Assembly (NCBI GenBank): GCA_963809895.1
Contig: CAWELD010000004.1
Location: forward strand, 128,001-192,000
Length of the DNA: 64,000 bases
Source of the DNA: an uncultured Gemmatimonadales bacterium
Lineage (GTDB): Bacteria; Gemmatimonadota; Gemmatimonadetes; Longimicrobiales; Gaopeijiaceae
Direction: 5' to 3'
Shown here: in pieces, positions 1 through 10,358 of the stretch
Position numbering within the stretch: position 1 is the stretch's first letter
Layout: each line of letters begins with the position of its first letter
Position numbers and translations under genes: made by a program
Notes under the pieces: generated by a model
Databases searched by the model: none
Told to the model about the DNA's origin: nothing
The model's input: the letters and a program-made list of their open reading frames with translations, nothing else

Positions 1-321
1 CCCCGGGCGCTGGGCCGCCTCCTCGCCGGTGTGCGCGCCCGTCCGTGGGGAGCTGCGTATCGCCAGGCCCTGGCCCAGCCCGGCGAGGAGGAGAGCACGC
101 TGGAGAACCGCCTGGAGGATCTCGGCGGCCGGGTCCAGGCCAAGACCGGCACCATCACCCACGTCAACTCGCTGAGCGGCTACCTCACCACCGTATCGGG
201 GCGGGAGCTCGTGTTCGTGCTTCTCTCCAACGGCTCGGGGCTCCCTTCCCGCAGGGTGCGCGACGCGCTGGACCGGATCGTGGAGGCCCTGGCCGCGGAG
301 CGTCCCGTCACACTCCCCTGA
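1..321 (+). CDS. dacB: D-alanyl-D-alanine carboxypeptidase/endopeptidase (PBP4, peptidase S13), 3' part only
   Basis: C-terminal motif STLENRL...VQAKTGTITHVNSLSGY...LVFVLLSN (KTG box); frame runs in from the window edge. Confidence 0.85.
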   Translation, partial: PRALGRLLAGVRARPWGAAYRQALAQPGEEESTLENRLEDLGGRVQAKTGTITHVNSLSGYLTTVSGRELVFVLLSNGSGLPSRRVRDALDRIVEALAAERPVTLP

Positions 322-1183
322 GCAGGGCGGCACGGGTCGCCCGGTACCCCTCCTCCAGGAAGTAGCGCACGTGCTGGAAGTCGAAGGTGCCGTAGCCTTC
401 CATGCGGGGCCGCACGAAGAGAAGCGGGGGAGCTTCCCAGTGCGCCACCAGGTCCACCCGCCGTCGCCAAGACATGAGGCTGAAGACCCGCTGGTGCACC
501 GCGATCATCCCTCCGGCCAGCACATCGTTGGTGGGGTTGTGCTGACCAGAGCCCACGTCGACCGCCACGATCCCCGACGCGTCGAGCTCCGCCGCGCGGT
601 GCAGCGGTAGCGCCCACTCGGCGCCCCCGTCCACGAAGGCACGGTCTGCGATCCGAGCCGGAGGATAGAACACGGGCAACGCCATGGAGGCGTAGAGCGC
701 GTCGGCCAGGGATACGTCCTCGTCCGTACCGGACCCGAACCAGGTGGTGAGCCCGGATTCCAGGTCCACGGCGTTCACCTGCAGCGGAAGATCGAGCTCG
801 TCCCACCGCTTCACCGGCAAGGTGTCTTCGATGTAGCGGCGCAACGGCTCTTCCAGGAGGAGGGATTCCTGCCGGATGCCGTTGAAGAGGAGCGCCCGGC
901 GGTTGATGCGGGCGATGTCCAGGCGCTCCAGGGCGAAGGCCAGCCGCACCAGTTCCCGGTACCCCATGCCGGAGGCGACGAGGGCTCCCACCAACGCACC
1001 GATGGAGGTGCCCACGATTCCGGCCACCTCCACCTCCGCTTCCTCCAGGGCCTGCCACGCACCGACGTGCGCCAGGCCGCGAAGACCACCGCCCCCCAGA
1101 ACGAGCCAGATCCGATCCCCCAGGTCCTCCACGGAGCCCGGGGTCCAGGTGTCGTGCGGGTGCGCCTCCGGGGGATCCATCAT
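308..1183 (-). CDS. Patatin-like phospholipase
   Basis: GGGGLRG oxyanion motif, GTSIG nucleophile, DGG motif; start taken at MMDPP (1183 or 1180). Confidence 0.9.
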   Translation of the reverse strand: MMDPPEAHPHDTWTPGSVEDLGDRIWLVLGGGGLRGLAHVGAWQALEEAEVEVAGIVGTSIGALVGALVASGMGYRELVRLAFALERLDIARINRRALLFNGIRQESLLLEEPLRRYIEDTLPVKRWDELDLPLQVNAVDLESGLTTWFGSGTDEDVSLADALYASMALPVFYPPARIADRAFVDGGAEWALPLHRAAELDASGIVAVDVGSGQHNPTNDVLAGGMIAVHQRVFSLMSWRRRVDLVAHWEAPPLLFVRPRMEGYGTFDFQHVRYFLEEGYRATRAALLRGV

Positions 1184-1327
1184 CGCCGTGGCCCGAGGTC
1201 CCGGCGAAGGGCCGGGGGGTGGGATGCGAATGCGCAGGCCGGAGGCTGGATCCCTGCCCCGGGGGACGGGTACCACGTCGCCCCCTGACGAGGGGAATCG
1301 GGCCAGGCGTGGAGGGGCCGGGAGCGG

Positions 1328-1356
1328 TTGACCCGCTCCGTCCGCCCACCTAGCTT
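1328..1356 (+). promoter_or_regulatory. Putative sigma70 promoter of the suf operon
   Basis: TTGACC (1328-1333), 17-nt spacer, TAGCTT (1351-1356), 55 nt upstream of the sufC ATG. Confidence 0.6.
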
Positions 1357-1359
1357 GAT

Positions 1360-1378
1360 GAAACCGATAATCATTCTT
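1360..1378. promoter_or_regulatory. Fur-box-like operator
   Basis: GAAACCGATAATCATTCTT matches 14/19 of GATAATGATAATCATTATC; AT-rich island overlapping the predicted transcription start. Confidence 0.6.
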
Positions 1379-1411
1379 GTTAATCGCCTCCAACGTACCC
1401 TGGAATCACGC

Positions 1412-2197
<786 letters not shown>

Positions 2198-2248
2198 CGC
2201 CCGCACTCCGCACGCACGTCACAGCGCCCCCAACGCCACGGAAACACC

Positions 2249-3664
2249 ATGCCGCAGAACGAAGTCATCCAGGGTCTCGACCTCGACGAGTACAAGTACG
2301 GATTCGTCGATAAAGAGGAGCACGTCTTCCGGACCCAACCGGGCCTCAGCGAACAGGTCGTGCGCCAGATCTCGGCGCACAAGGGTGAGCCCGAGTGGAT
2401 GCTCGACTTCCGCCTCAAGGCCCTGAAGATCTACGAGTCCAAGCCCATGCCCACCTGGGGCGGCGATCTCAGCAAGCTCCAGGAGACGCTGGAAGACATC
2501 TACTTCTACGTGAAGCCCCAGGACCACATGGAGCGCTCCTGGGACGACGTGCCGGAGAAGATCAAGGAGACCTTCGAGAAGCTCGGGATTCCCGAGGCCG
2601 AACAGAAGATCCTGGCGGGCGTGGGGGCCCAGTACGAATCGGAGATGGTCTACCACTCCCTGAAGCAGGAGTGGGACGAGAAGGGCGTGATCTTCGATTC
2701 CATCGAGGACGGCCTCAGGAACCACCCCGAGCTCTTCCGGGAGTACTTCGCCACGGTGATCCCCGCGGCGGACAACAAATTCTCTGCCATGAACTCCGCG
2801 GTCTGGTCCGGCGGGTCGTTCGTGTACATCCCCAAGGGCGTGCAACTCGAGACGCCTCTCCAGGCCTACTTCCGGGTCAATCAGGAGCGCATGGGGCAGT
2901 TCGAGCGCACCCTCATCATCGCCGACGAGGGATCGCGTGCCCACTACATCGAGGGCTGCACGGCGCCGGTCTACTCGACGGAATCGTTCCACTCGGGCGT
3001 CATCGAGATCATCGTCAAGCCCGGGGCCCGCTTCCGCTACACCACGATCCAGAACTGGTCGAACAACATGTACAACCTCGTGACCCAGCGAGCGCTGGTG
3101 CACGAGGGCGCGACCATGGAATGGCTCGACGGGAACCTGGGCTCCAAGCTCACCATGAAGTACCCGTCCTGCTATCTGGTCGGGGAGCGGGCCCACGGCT
3201 CCATCCTGTCCATCGCCTACGCCGGCGACGGCCAGCACCAGGACACCGGCGGCAAGGTGGTGCACGCGGCGCCGCACACCACCTCGTCCATCGTCTCCAA
3301 GTCCATCTCCAAGGGGACCGGCCGAAGCACCTACCGGGGGCTGTGCAAGGTCTACGAGGGGTCCGTGGGGGCCCGCTCCAACGTCGAGTGCGATGCGCTC
3401 CTCATCAACGACACCTCGCGCACCGACACCTACCCCTACATCGAGATCGAGGAGAAGCTGGCCAACGTCGGCCACGAGGCCACGGTCTCGAAGGTGGGCG
3501 ACGAGCAGCTCTTCTACCTCATGAGCCGGGGGATGAGCGAAGAGGAGGCCATGGCGCTCATCGTGCGCGGCTTCATCGAGCCCATCGCCAAGGAGCTGCC
3601 GCTGGAGTACGCCGTGGAGCTCAACCGGCTCATCGAGCTGGAGATGGAAGGCTCGGTCGGCTGA
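2249..3664 (+). CDS. sufB: Fe-S cluster assembly protein SufB
   Basis: [50 protein letters not shown] terminus. Confidence 0.97.
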   Translation: MPQNEVIQGLDLDEYKYGFVDKEEHVFRTQPGLSEQVVRQISAHKGEPEWMLDFRLKALKIYESKPMPTWGGDLSKLQETLEDIYFYVKPQDHMERSWDDVPEKIKETFEKLGIPEAEQKILAGVGAQYESEMVYHSLKQEWDEKGVIFDSIEDGLRNHPELFREYFATVIPAADNKFSAMNSAVWSGGSFVYIPKGVQLETPLQAYFRVNQERMGQFERTLIIADEGSRAHYIEGCTAPVYSTESFHSGVIEIIVKPGARFRYTTIQNWSNNMYNLVTQRALVHEGATMEWLDGNLGSKLTMKYPSCYLVGERAHGSILSIAYAGDGQHQDTGGKVVHAAPHTTSSIVSKSISKGTGRSTYRGLCKVYEGSVGARSNVECDALLINDTSRTDTYPYIEIEEKLANVGHEATVSKVGDEQLFYLMSRGMSEEEAMALIVRGFIEPIAKELPLEYAVELNRLIELEMEGSVG

Positions 3665-3717
3665 GCCCGACACCGACGACGCACCTGGACACGCAACGCA
3701 CTGAGACTACGGACGAT

Positions 3718-5064
3718 ATGGCGACCATGACGGGAACGGGACTGGGCGAAGGCGTCACCGAGGCGCTCAACCGATCGGCGGTGGAAGCGCGCTCCCAGGG
3801 TGAGCCCGAGTGGCTCCGGACCCGCCGGCTGCACGCCTGGGACGTGTACGAGCGCACCCCCATGCCCACCACGCGCCTGGAGCAATGGCGCTACACGGAC
3901 CTGTCGCGCACGCTCGAGCTGGACGCGCTCCGCCTGGGCACCACCGAGGCTCGCGAAGACGATCCGTCGTCGTATCCGGCGCGGTTGCGCGAAGCCATGG
4001 AGGAGGACCACGAAGCCTCGGGCCATCTGGTCCTCATCGACGGCGCCGTGGTTCACACCGACATCCGCGAGGACCTGGCCTCCAAGGGCGTGGTCCTGAG
4101 CTCGTTGCGCGAAGCGGTGGCCGCTCACCCGGAGCTGGTCGAGAAGTACCTGGCCACCGAGGCGGTACCGCCCGAGGAAGGCAAGTTCGCGGCGCTCAAC
4201 GCGGCCCTGTGGAGCGACGGGATCTTCCTGTACGTGCCGAAGGGCGTGCATCTGGAGAATCCCGTGCGGGTGACCCGCTGGATCTCCGAGGCCGGCGCGG
4301 CCTTCTTCAGCCGCACCCTGATCGTGGCCGAGCCCACGAGCCAGGTGTCGTACGTGGACGAGATCCTGTCCGACGATCTGGATACCCAGTCCCTGTCGTC
4401 GTCGGCGGTGGAGGTCATCACCCGCGACGGCGCGCAGGTGCAGTACGTGGCCGTGCAGCGCCTGGGGCGTGGGGCCTTCTACCAGTCGCAGCAGCGCACA
4501 CTGGCCTACCGTGACTCGACGCTGGACACCCTCAACGTGAACCTGGGCGCCAGCGTCAGCCGCGTGGACCTGAACGCGCGACTCCTGGGGCCCGGCGCCA
4601 ACAGCGACATGCTGGGACTCTACTTCGGTGACGGCCACCAGCATTTCGACCACAACACCAGCCAGGACCACGTGGCCCCCAACGCCTTCAGCGACCTTCT
4701 CTACAAGGGGGCGCTGGACGACCGCAGTCGGGCCGTGTTCCGCGGCATCATCCGGGTCCATCCCGGCGCCCAGCAGACCGACGCCTACCAGACCAACCGC
4801 AACCTGATCCTGTCCGAGCACGCCCGCGCCGACTCGCTCCCCAACCTGGAGATCGAGGCCGACGACGTGAAATGCTCCCACGGGGCCACCGTGGGGCAGC
4901 TCGACGAGGACGCCCTCTTCTATCTGATGAGCCGCGGGCTGTCGCGGGAGCGCGCCGAGCGGCTCGTGGTGACGGGCTTCCTGGGCGAGGTGCTCCAGCG
5001 GCTGCCGCTGGGCGGCGTCGTGGAGAAGGTCACCCGGGCCATCGCGGAGAAGCTCCGGGGCTGA
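3718..5064 (+). CDS. sufD: Fe-S cluster assembly protein SufD
   Basis: EQWRYTD, QQTDAYQTNRNL, PNLEIEADDVKCSHGATVG, FYLMSRG; start at MATMTG. Confidence 0.95.
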   Translation: MATMTGTGLGEGVTEALNRSAVEARSQGEPEWLRTRRLHAWDVYERTPMPTTRLEQWRYTDLSRTLELDALRLGTTEAREDDPSSYPARLREAMEEDHEASGHLVLIDGAVVHTDIREDLASKGVVLSSLREAVAAHPELVEKYLATEAVPPEEGKFAALNAALWSDGIFLYVPKGVHLENPVRVTRWISEAGAAFFSRTLIVAEPTSQVSYVDEILSDDLDTQSLSSSAVEVITRDGAQVQYVAVQRLGRGAFYQSQQRTLAYRDSTLDTLNVNLGASVSRVDLNARLLGPGANSDMLGLYFGDGHQHFDHNTSQDHVAPNAFSDLLYKGALDDRSRAVFRGIIRVHPGAQQTDAYQTNRNLILSEHARADSLPNLEIEADDVKCSHGATVGQLDEDALFYLMSRGLSRERAERLVVTGFLGEVLQRLPLGGVVEKVTRAIAEKLRG

Positions 5065-5080
5065 GCCCCGGGACGGCGGC

Positions 5081-5392
5081 ATGACGGACTGGGTCCGCGT
5101 CACCGAGGCGAGCCGCTGCACGCCGGACACGCTCGTCGCGGTGGAGGCCGGGGGAGAGCGCATCGTGCTGGCCAACGTGGAAGGCGACATCTACGCCCTG
5201 GAAGACCGCTGCTCCCACGAGGACTTCCCCCTCTCCGACGGCGATCTCTCGGGCAGCCACCTCACCTGTATGCATCACGGGGCCAGCTTCGATGCCTGCA
5301 GCGGTCGGGCCACCGGTCTGCCGGCCATCCGCCCGGTGCGGACCTACCCCGTCGAGGTCCGCGACGGCGACGTCTTCGTCCAGGTGGGATGA
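5081..5392 (+). CDS. Rieske [2Fe-2S] ferredoxin
   Basis: CSH...CMHHG Rieske ligands; lies inside the suf operon. Confidence 0.92.
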   Translation: MTDWVRVTEASRCTPDTLVAVEAGGERIVLANVEGDIYALEDRCSHEDFPLSDGDLSGSHLTCMHHGASFDACSGRATGLPAIRPVRTYPVEVRDGDVFVQVG

Positions 5393-6621
5393 GCGTGGAC
5401 GCCGCGGCCCTCAGGGAGGAATTCCCGGCGCTCCAGCAGGACGTCAACGGCAGGTCGCTGGTCTATCTCGACAACGCCGCAACTACCCAGAAGCCCCAGG
5501 CGGTGCTGGACGCCATCCAGCGCTACTACGCCCTGGACAACGCCAACGTCCATCGCGGGATCCACGAGCTCAGTCGGCGCGCCACCGACGCCTACGAGGG
5601 TGCTCGGGCGCGGGTGGCGGCCTGGATCGGCGCAGGCGACCCCGCCGAGCTGGTCTGGACGCGGGGCACCACCGAGGGGATCAACCTCATCGCCGCCGCC
5701 TGGGGACTGGACCACGTGGGTGAGGGCGACGAGATCCTCCTGTCGATCCTGGAGCACCACTCGAACCTGGTGCCCTGGCAGCTCCTGGCACGGCGTACAG
5801 GCGCGCGACTGCGCTACCTGGACATCGACGATGAGGGCGAGTGGATCCTGGACGACCTACCGGCGCTCCTGGGGCCGCGCACCCGCGTGGTCGCCCTGAA
5901 CCACGTTTCCAACGCGCTCGGCACCATCAACCCGGTGGCCGAGGTCGTCGCCGAGGTGCGGCGCCGGGCCCCGGAGGCGCTGGTCGTGCTGGACGGCGCC
6001 CAGGCGGTACCCCATCTGCCGGTGGACGTGAAGGCGTTGGGATGTGACGCCTACGCGTTCAGCGGCCACAAGATGTGCGGACCCACCGGCATCGGCGGCC
6101 TGTGGGCCCGGCGCTCGCTGCTGGAAGCCATGGAGCCCTATCAGGGCGGCGGCGAGATGATCTCGCTGGTGGAGAGGGACATGAGCACCTGGGCGGCGCT
6201 CCCGCACAAGTTCGAGGCGGGCACGCCGCACATCGCCGGCGCCGTGGGGCTGGGCGCCGCGGTGGACTGGCTGAGCGCACTGGACCGCGAGGCGCTCCTG
6301 GCCCACGAGCAGGATCTGACGGCCTACGCCCTGGAGCGGCTGGGTGAGCTCCCGGGAATCCGGCTGTTCGGGCCTTCGGACCCGTCCCGGCGAGCCGGCG
6401 TGGTGCCCTTCCTCCTGGGTGATGCGCACCCGCACGACATCTCCACGATCCTGGACTCCCAGGGCGTGGCCGTGCGTGCGGGACACCACTGCGCGCAGCT
6501 CGTCATGAAACGCTACGGCGTGGCGGCGACGGCGCGGGCCTCCTTCTATCTCTACAACACCCGCGACGACGTGGACCGCCTCGTGGAGGCGCTGGAAGCG
6601 GTCCGGAGCATCTTCGGATAG
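5389..6621 (+). CDS. sufS: Cysteine desulfurase SufS
   Basis: YLDNAATTQKP, EHHSN, SGHK (PLP lysine), RAGHHCAQ; ATGA overlap with the Rieske gene. Confidence 0.96.
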   Translation: MSVDAAALREEFPALQQDVNGRSLVYLDNAATTQKPQAVLDAIQRYYALDNANVHRGIHELSRRATDAYEGARARVAAWIGAGDPAELVWTRGTTEGINLIAAAWGLDHVGEGDEILLSILEHHSNLVPWQLLARRTGARLRYLDIDDEGEWILDDLPALLGPRTRVVALNHVSNALGTINPVAEVVAEVRRRAPEALVVLDGAQAVPHLPVDVKALGCDAYAFSGHKMCGPTGIGGLWARRSLLEAMEPYQGGGEMISLVERDMSTWAALPHKFEAGTPHIAGAVGLGAAVDWLSALDREALLAHEQDLTAYALERLGELPGIRLFGPSDPSRRAGVVPFLLGDAHPHDISTILDSQGVAVRAGHHCAQLVMKRYGVAATARASFYLYNTRDDVDRLVEALEAVRSIFG

Positions 6622-6705
6622 CGGTCCCCGCGACGCCTCGCCGTGGGGGCGTTTGAGGCACCACCCCCCCGCGACGTACATTGCAGTTTCCTCAACGGAG
6701 ACGTC

Positions 6706-7185
6706 ATGGAGACACCGCAGCTCGACTCCCTGTACCAACAGCTCATCCTCGAGCACTACCGGAATCCCAGGAACAAGGGGGACATGCCGGACAGCTCGGT
6801 GGAGATCCACATGCGGAATCCGAGCTGTGGCGACGAGATCAAGCTGCAGCTCAAGCTGGACGGGGACCGTATCGAGGAGGTGGCGTTTACGGGACAGGGC
6901 TGCTCCATCTCGCAGGCCTCGGTGTCCATGATGAGCCAGATCCTGACCGGCGCCAGCGTGAACGACGCCGCCGAGCTGGCCCGGCGCTTCACCCGTCTCA
7001 TGCACGGCGACGAAGAGGTGGCCCGCGACCGCTCGCTGGGCGACCTGCGCGCGCTTCAGGGCGTGAGCAGGTTCCCGGTGCGCGTGAAGTGCGCGCTCCT
7101 GGGCTTCGACGCGCTGCAGGAGGCGCTCAAGCGGGGCGAGCAGGGCGAGGCCGTGGACGATCCGGTGCACGAGGAGGCATCCTGA
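6706..7185 (+). CDS. sufU: SUF system NifU-family sulfur-transfer protein SufU
   Basis: ILEHYRNPRN, NPSCGD, GCSISQAS, RVKCA. Confidence 0.95.
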   Translation: METPQLDSLYQQLILEHYRNPRNKGDMPDSSVEIHMRNPSCGDEIKLQLKLDGDRIEEVAFTGQGCSISQASVSMMSQILTGASVNDAAELARRFTRLMHGDEEVARDRSLGDLRALQGVSRFPVRVKCALLGFDALQEALKRGEQGEAVDDPVHEEAS

Positions 7186-7739
7186 GCGGCACGCCCGTCT
7201 TCTCGGCCCACCTTCCCAGCACCCCGGTCGGCACCCTCCGCCTCTGGGCCACCGAGTCGGGACTGCGCCGGCTGGATTTCCGGTCCGGCCCGGACCTCGC
7301 CCGGCCCGGTGAGCGTCTGTCCACCGACTCGCCGCCGGCTCACCTGGCGCGCGCCCTGGATGCCCTGCGCGCCTACTTCGACCGACGCATCCGCATCTTC
7401 GATCTCCCGCTGGACCTGGGCGGGATCACCGATTTCCAGCAGCAGGTCTGCGATCATCTCCAGGGGATTCCCTACGGCCACGTCACCACCTACGCGGCGG
7501 TGGCGCGCGCGCTGGGCATGGGCGACGGCGGCGCCCGGGCCGTGGGCCAGGCCGTGGGAGCGAATCCGGTGGCGGTGGTGATCCCCTGCCATCGCGTGGT
7601 GGGCTCCGACGGAGCGCTGCACGGCTACGGGGGCGGGCTCGCGCGCAAGGCTACCCTTCTGCGCCTCGAGGGCGTCGATGTCGATGGCACCTCGGCCACG
7701 AGCAAGGTCCATCCCGAGGTCTTGCGCCTCCCGCTCTGA
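7182..7739 (+). CDS. ogt: Methylated-DNA-[protein]-cysteine S-methyltransferase
   Basis: IPYGHVTTY, RAVGQA, IPCHRVV active site; probable CTG start overlapping the sufU stop, preceded by GAGGAGG. Confidence 0.9.
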   Translation: MSGTPVFSAHLPSTPVGTLRLWATESGLRRLDFRSGPDLARPGERLSTDSPPAHLARALDALRAYFDRRIRIFDLPLDLGGITDFQQQVCDHLQGIPYGHVTTYAAVARALGMGDGGARAVGQAVGANPVAVVIPCHRVVGSDGALHGYGGGLARKATLLRLEGVDVDGTSATSKVHPEVLRLPL

Positions 7740-7778
7740 CCCGCGGACACCCACCTTCCGCCGCGGCGTCCCGCCGGC

Positions 7779-9032
7779 TCACCCCCGCGGATCGAGCAAC
7801 ACCTTCACCGACCCCGAACGCCGACGATTCGAGGCCGCCGACAACGCGGCCCGCACCTGCGCCAGTGGAAAGACGTGGGTCACCATGTCGTCCACCGGCG
7901 CGCCGGTCTCCAGCAGGAGATCCCGGGTCACCTCGAAGGTGTGGCGCCGCTCACCCCGGAAGCGCTCCATGCCGTAGGCCACGAAGCCCCGCACGGTGAG
8001 CTCGTGGGCCCACACGAAGGTGAGGTCGAGGTTCGGGATCCTGGCCGCGCACCCGATCATGACGATGCGGCCCCGGGGGCTGGCGTAGCGGAGCGCCTGA
8101 CCGAGCGTCTGGCGGCTCCCCACGCAGTCGAAGATCAGGGAAAAGCCTCCGCCGGCGTAGACTTCCTCGCCCACCAGCGGCATGTAGGCCGAGGCGCCGG
8201 TGTCGATCATGGCCTGGCGGGCCTCGTCGCCCGGGTGGACGATGGTGCTCGCTCCGAGCTTGCGGGCCAGCTCCGCCTCGTGGCTCCGCTTGATCTGGGC
8301 CAGGATCTCGCCCTGGAAGCCGGTGGCCCGCAGCGCCCAGATCGTGGACAGGGCGATGGGCCCGCTGCCCAGCACCAGGACCGGCGCCCCGGGATCGGTG
8401 GGACCTCCGTTGAGCACGGCGTGCATGCCGATGGACAACGGCTCCACCAGGGCCGCGCGCCGGTCGTCCAGCTCCCCCACCGGAAAGAGCTGCGACTCGT
8501 GGGCGATGGTCTCCTGCGCCCAGCCCCCGGGAAGCGAGCGATGGTACCCCTGCGAGGTCCCCGGCGCGAAGGGCTGGCCGTCGACCTTCAGGGGACCCTC
8601 GTCTCCCGCCCTCTCGCAGGTCCCGTTCCACCCCTCGGCGCACGAGCGGCACCAGTGCGCTTCGTCCCAGCCGCGCACCCGGCAGTGGATGAAGGGATCC
8701 ACCGCCACCCGGTCGCCGGGCCGCACCCGGGTGACCGCGGGTCCGGTCTCCACCACCCTGGCCAGGATCTCGTGGCCGAGCACGGCGGGGAACGAGCCGA
8801 ACGGCTCCATGGCCGGGCTGGCGGTCATGGTGAGGTTGCCGATGTCGGTCCCGCAGATCCCGGCCAGGATCGTCTCCAGACGCACCCAGTCGGGGCCGGG
8901 CAGCGAGGGGGGCGCCAGGTCCACCAGCTTCACGCCACTCAGGGCACCGTACACGGCGCTCTCGCTGACACGGCCCAGGGTGCGGGCCAGCAGGTAGCGG
9001 GGAATCGAGACGTCGAAGGTGACGGCGCGCAT
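7779..9032 (-). CDS. Zn-dependent (MDR family) alcohol dehydrogenase
   Basis: GICGTD, LGHE, structural Cys cluster, LVEPL, GSGPIA; start MRAVTF. Confidence 0.9.
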   Translation of the reverse strand: MRAVTFDVSIPRYLLARTLGRVSESAVYGALSGVKLVDLAPPSLPGPDWVRLETILAGICGTDIGNLTMTASPAMEPFGSFPAVLGHEILARVVETGPAVTRVRPGDRVAVDPFIHCRVRGWDEAHWCRSCAEGWNGTCERAGDEGPLKVDGQPFAPGTSQGYHRSLPGGWAQETIAHESQLFPVGELDDRRAALVEPLSIGMHAVLNGGPTDPGAPVLVLGSGPIALSTIWALRATGFQGEILAQIKRSHEAELARKLGASTIVHPGDEARQAMIDTGASAYMPLVGEEVYAGGGFSLIFDCVGSRQTLGQALRYASPRGRIVMIGCAARIPNLDLTFVWAHELTVRGFVAYGMERFRGERRHTFEVTRDLLLETGAPVDDMVTHVFPLAQVRAALSAASNRRRSGSVKVLLDPRG

Positions 9033-10201
9033 CAGAACTCGTCGTAGAGTCGGAAGTCGGCGAGGCCCAGATTGGGCCTCCAGCCGTCGGGGGCCTGGTC
9101 GCGGCCGGCCAACCCTCCCTCCAGGAAGAGCGACGTGACGTCGCCGATGGAGTGGATCGGGCCCGCCTCGGGATCCAGCGTCTCGCGCACCCGCGCTCCC
9201 TCCTGCCACACGCCCTGGTTCTTGGGCAGGTGCGCGTCTCGCACCTGCAGCGGCTCCGCGGCGCTCCCGCCGAGCACCGCGGCCACATCCAGGATGCGCA
9301 GCATGGGGCCCCTGAGAATCGAGGCCGAGTGGAACCACAGGCCCCGCGGATTGCCGCTTCCCGCGGTACGGGGATGGCCCAGGCGGCGATGGAAGCCTTC
9401 GCCGGGCAGGGCGTCGTAGACCACGCTTCCCCACTGGTCCCGCTGCACCGACAGCCATCCCAGGAGCCCCAGGTACGCCTCCCGGTCCACGGCCACCAGC
9501 TCCTTCACGCGCAGGCGGGAGCGCTCCGCCGACCCCCCGCGGCCCCGCACCACCACGTATCCCGAGGGCCGACCCCGGGCGTCCTCGTACAGATAGAGGT
9601 AGGTCGCCTCCGCCTCCAGGAAGGACCACATGCGCGTGGTGCGGGTCAACAGCCCGTTGCTGCGCGGGGCGACCAGGTCGTAGATGCGACGTGCCTCGTC
9701 GGGTGAGCGATCGGGTACGCGCACCACACGGTCCCACCCGGGATAGACCGGCAGGTCGGCGGGGTGGAAGCGGTACTGGTGGAGCTCGCCGGCCAGAACG
9801 AAGTCGATGGCGCGGTAGAAGGAGGTGCGGAAGGGAAACAGCGCGCTCAGCACGTCGCCCCGCTCCCTGGCGATGCGCAACGCGGCCAGGCACATGCGCC
9901 GGCCGATCCCACGGCGGCGGAAGTCCGGGGCCACCGCCACCCCGGCCAGGCCCATGGTGGGCAGCTCCCGACCCCAGAAGTGGCTGGTGAGCCGATACGT
10001 GCGCAGCGCTCCCGCCAGGCGTCCCTCCAGCTCCACCACCCAGCAGTCGCTCAGGTCTCCGTAGGTCAGCCCCTCGCGGAGCTCCCGCGCCCGACGCTCC
10101 GCGGGCTTCTCCGGAAACGCCTCGGCCCACAGCGCGGCCATGGCGGGAATGTGGTCCTCGCCGGCGGGAACCAACTCGACGTCGGGATGATCGGTGGGCA
10201 T
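9032..10201 (-). CDS. Eis-like GNAT acetyltransferase
   Basis: GVAVAPDFRRRGIG acetyl-CoA motif, SALFPF..FY, PMLRILDV before a C-terminal domain. Confidence 0.85.
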   Translation of the reverse strand: MPTDHPDVELVPAGEDHIPAMAALWAEAFPEKPAERRARELREGLTYGDLSDCWVVELEGRLAGALRTYRLTSHFWGRELPTMGLAGVAVAPDFRRRGIGRRMCLAALRIARERGDVLSALFPFRTSFYRAIDFVLAGELHQYRFHPADLPVYPGWDRVVRVPDRSPDEARRIYDLVAPRSNGLLTRTTRMWSFLEAEATYLYLYEDARGRPSGYVVVRGRGGSAERSRLRVKELVAVDREAYLGLLGWLSVQRDQWGSVVYDALPGEGFHRRLGHPRTAGSGNPRGLWFHSASILRGPMLRILDVAAVLGGSAAEPLQVRDAHLPKNQGVWQEGARVRETLDPEAGPIHSIGDVTSLFLEGGLAGRDQAPDGWRPNLGLADFRLYDEF

Positions 10202-10358
10202 GGTGCAGAAGGTTAGAGGGGCCGAGGGGCCCGGTCCAGGCGTGACGGCCGCGTGCGATGGCGAGCCGCACGACACTGGACCGGGCTCGGCGGATGGGGG
10301 GTATGGTGGGCGACCCTCCTACGCGCCAACACACGTGGACTCCTGCTTCGGAGCCTTC

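Noticed and set aside
2395..3717. Apparent 889-aa SufD with a long N-terminal extension
   Set aside because: The extension is an alternative frame of sufB left open by high GC; SufD-like sequence begins at 3718
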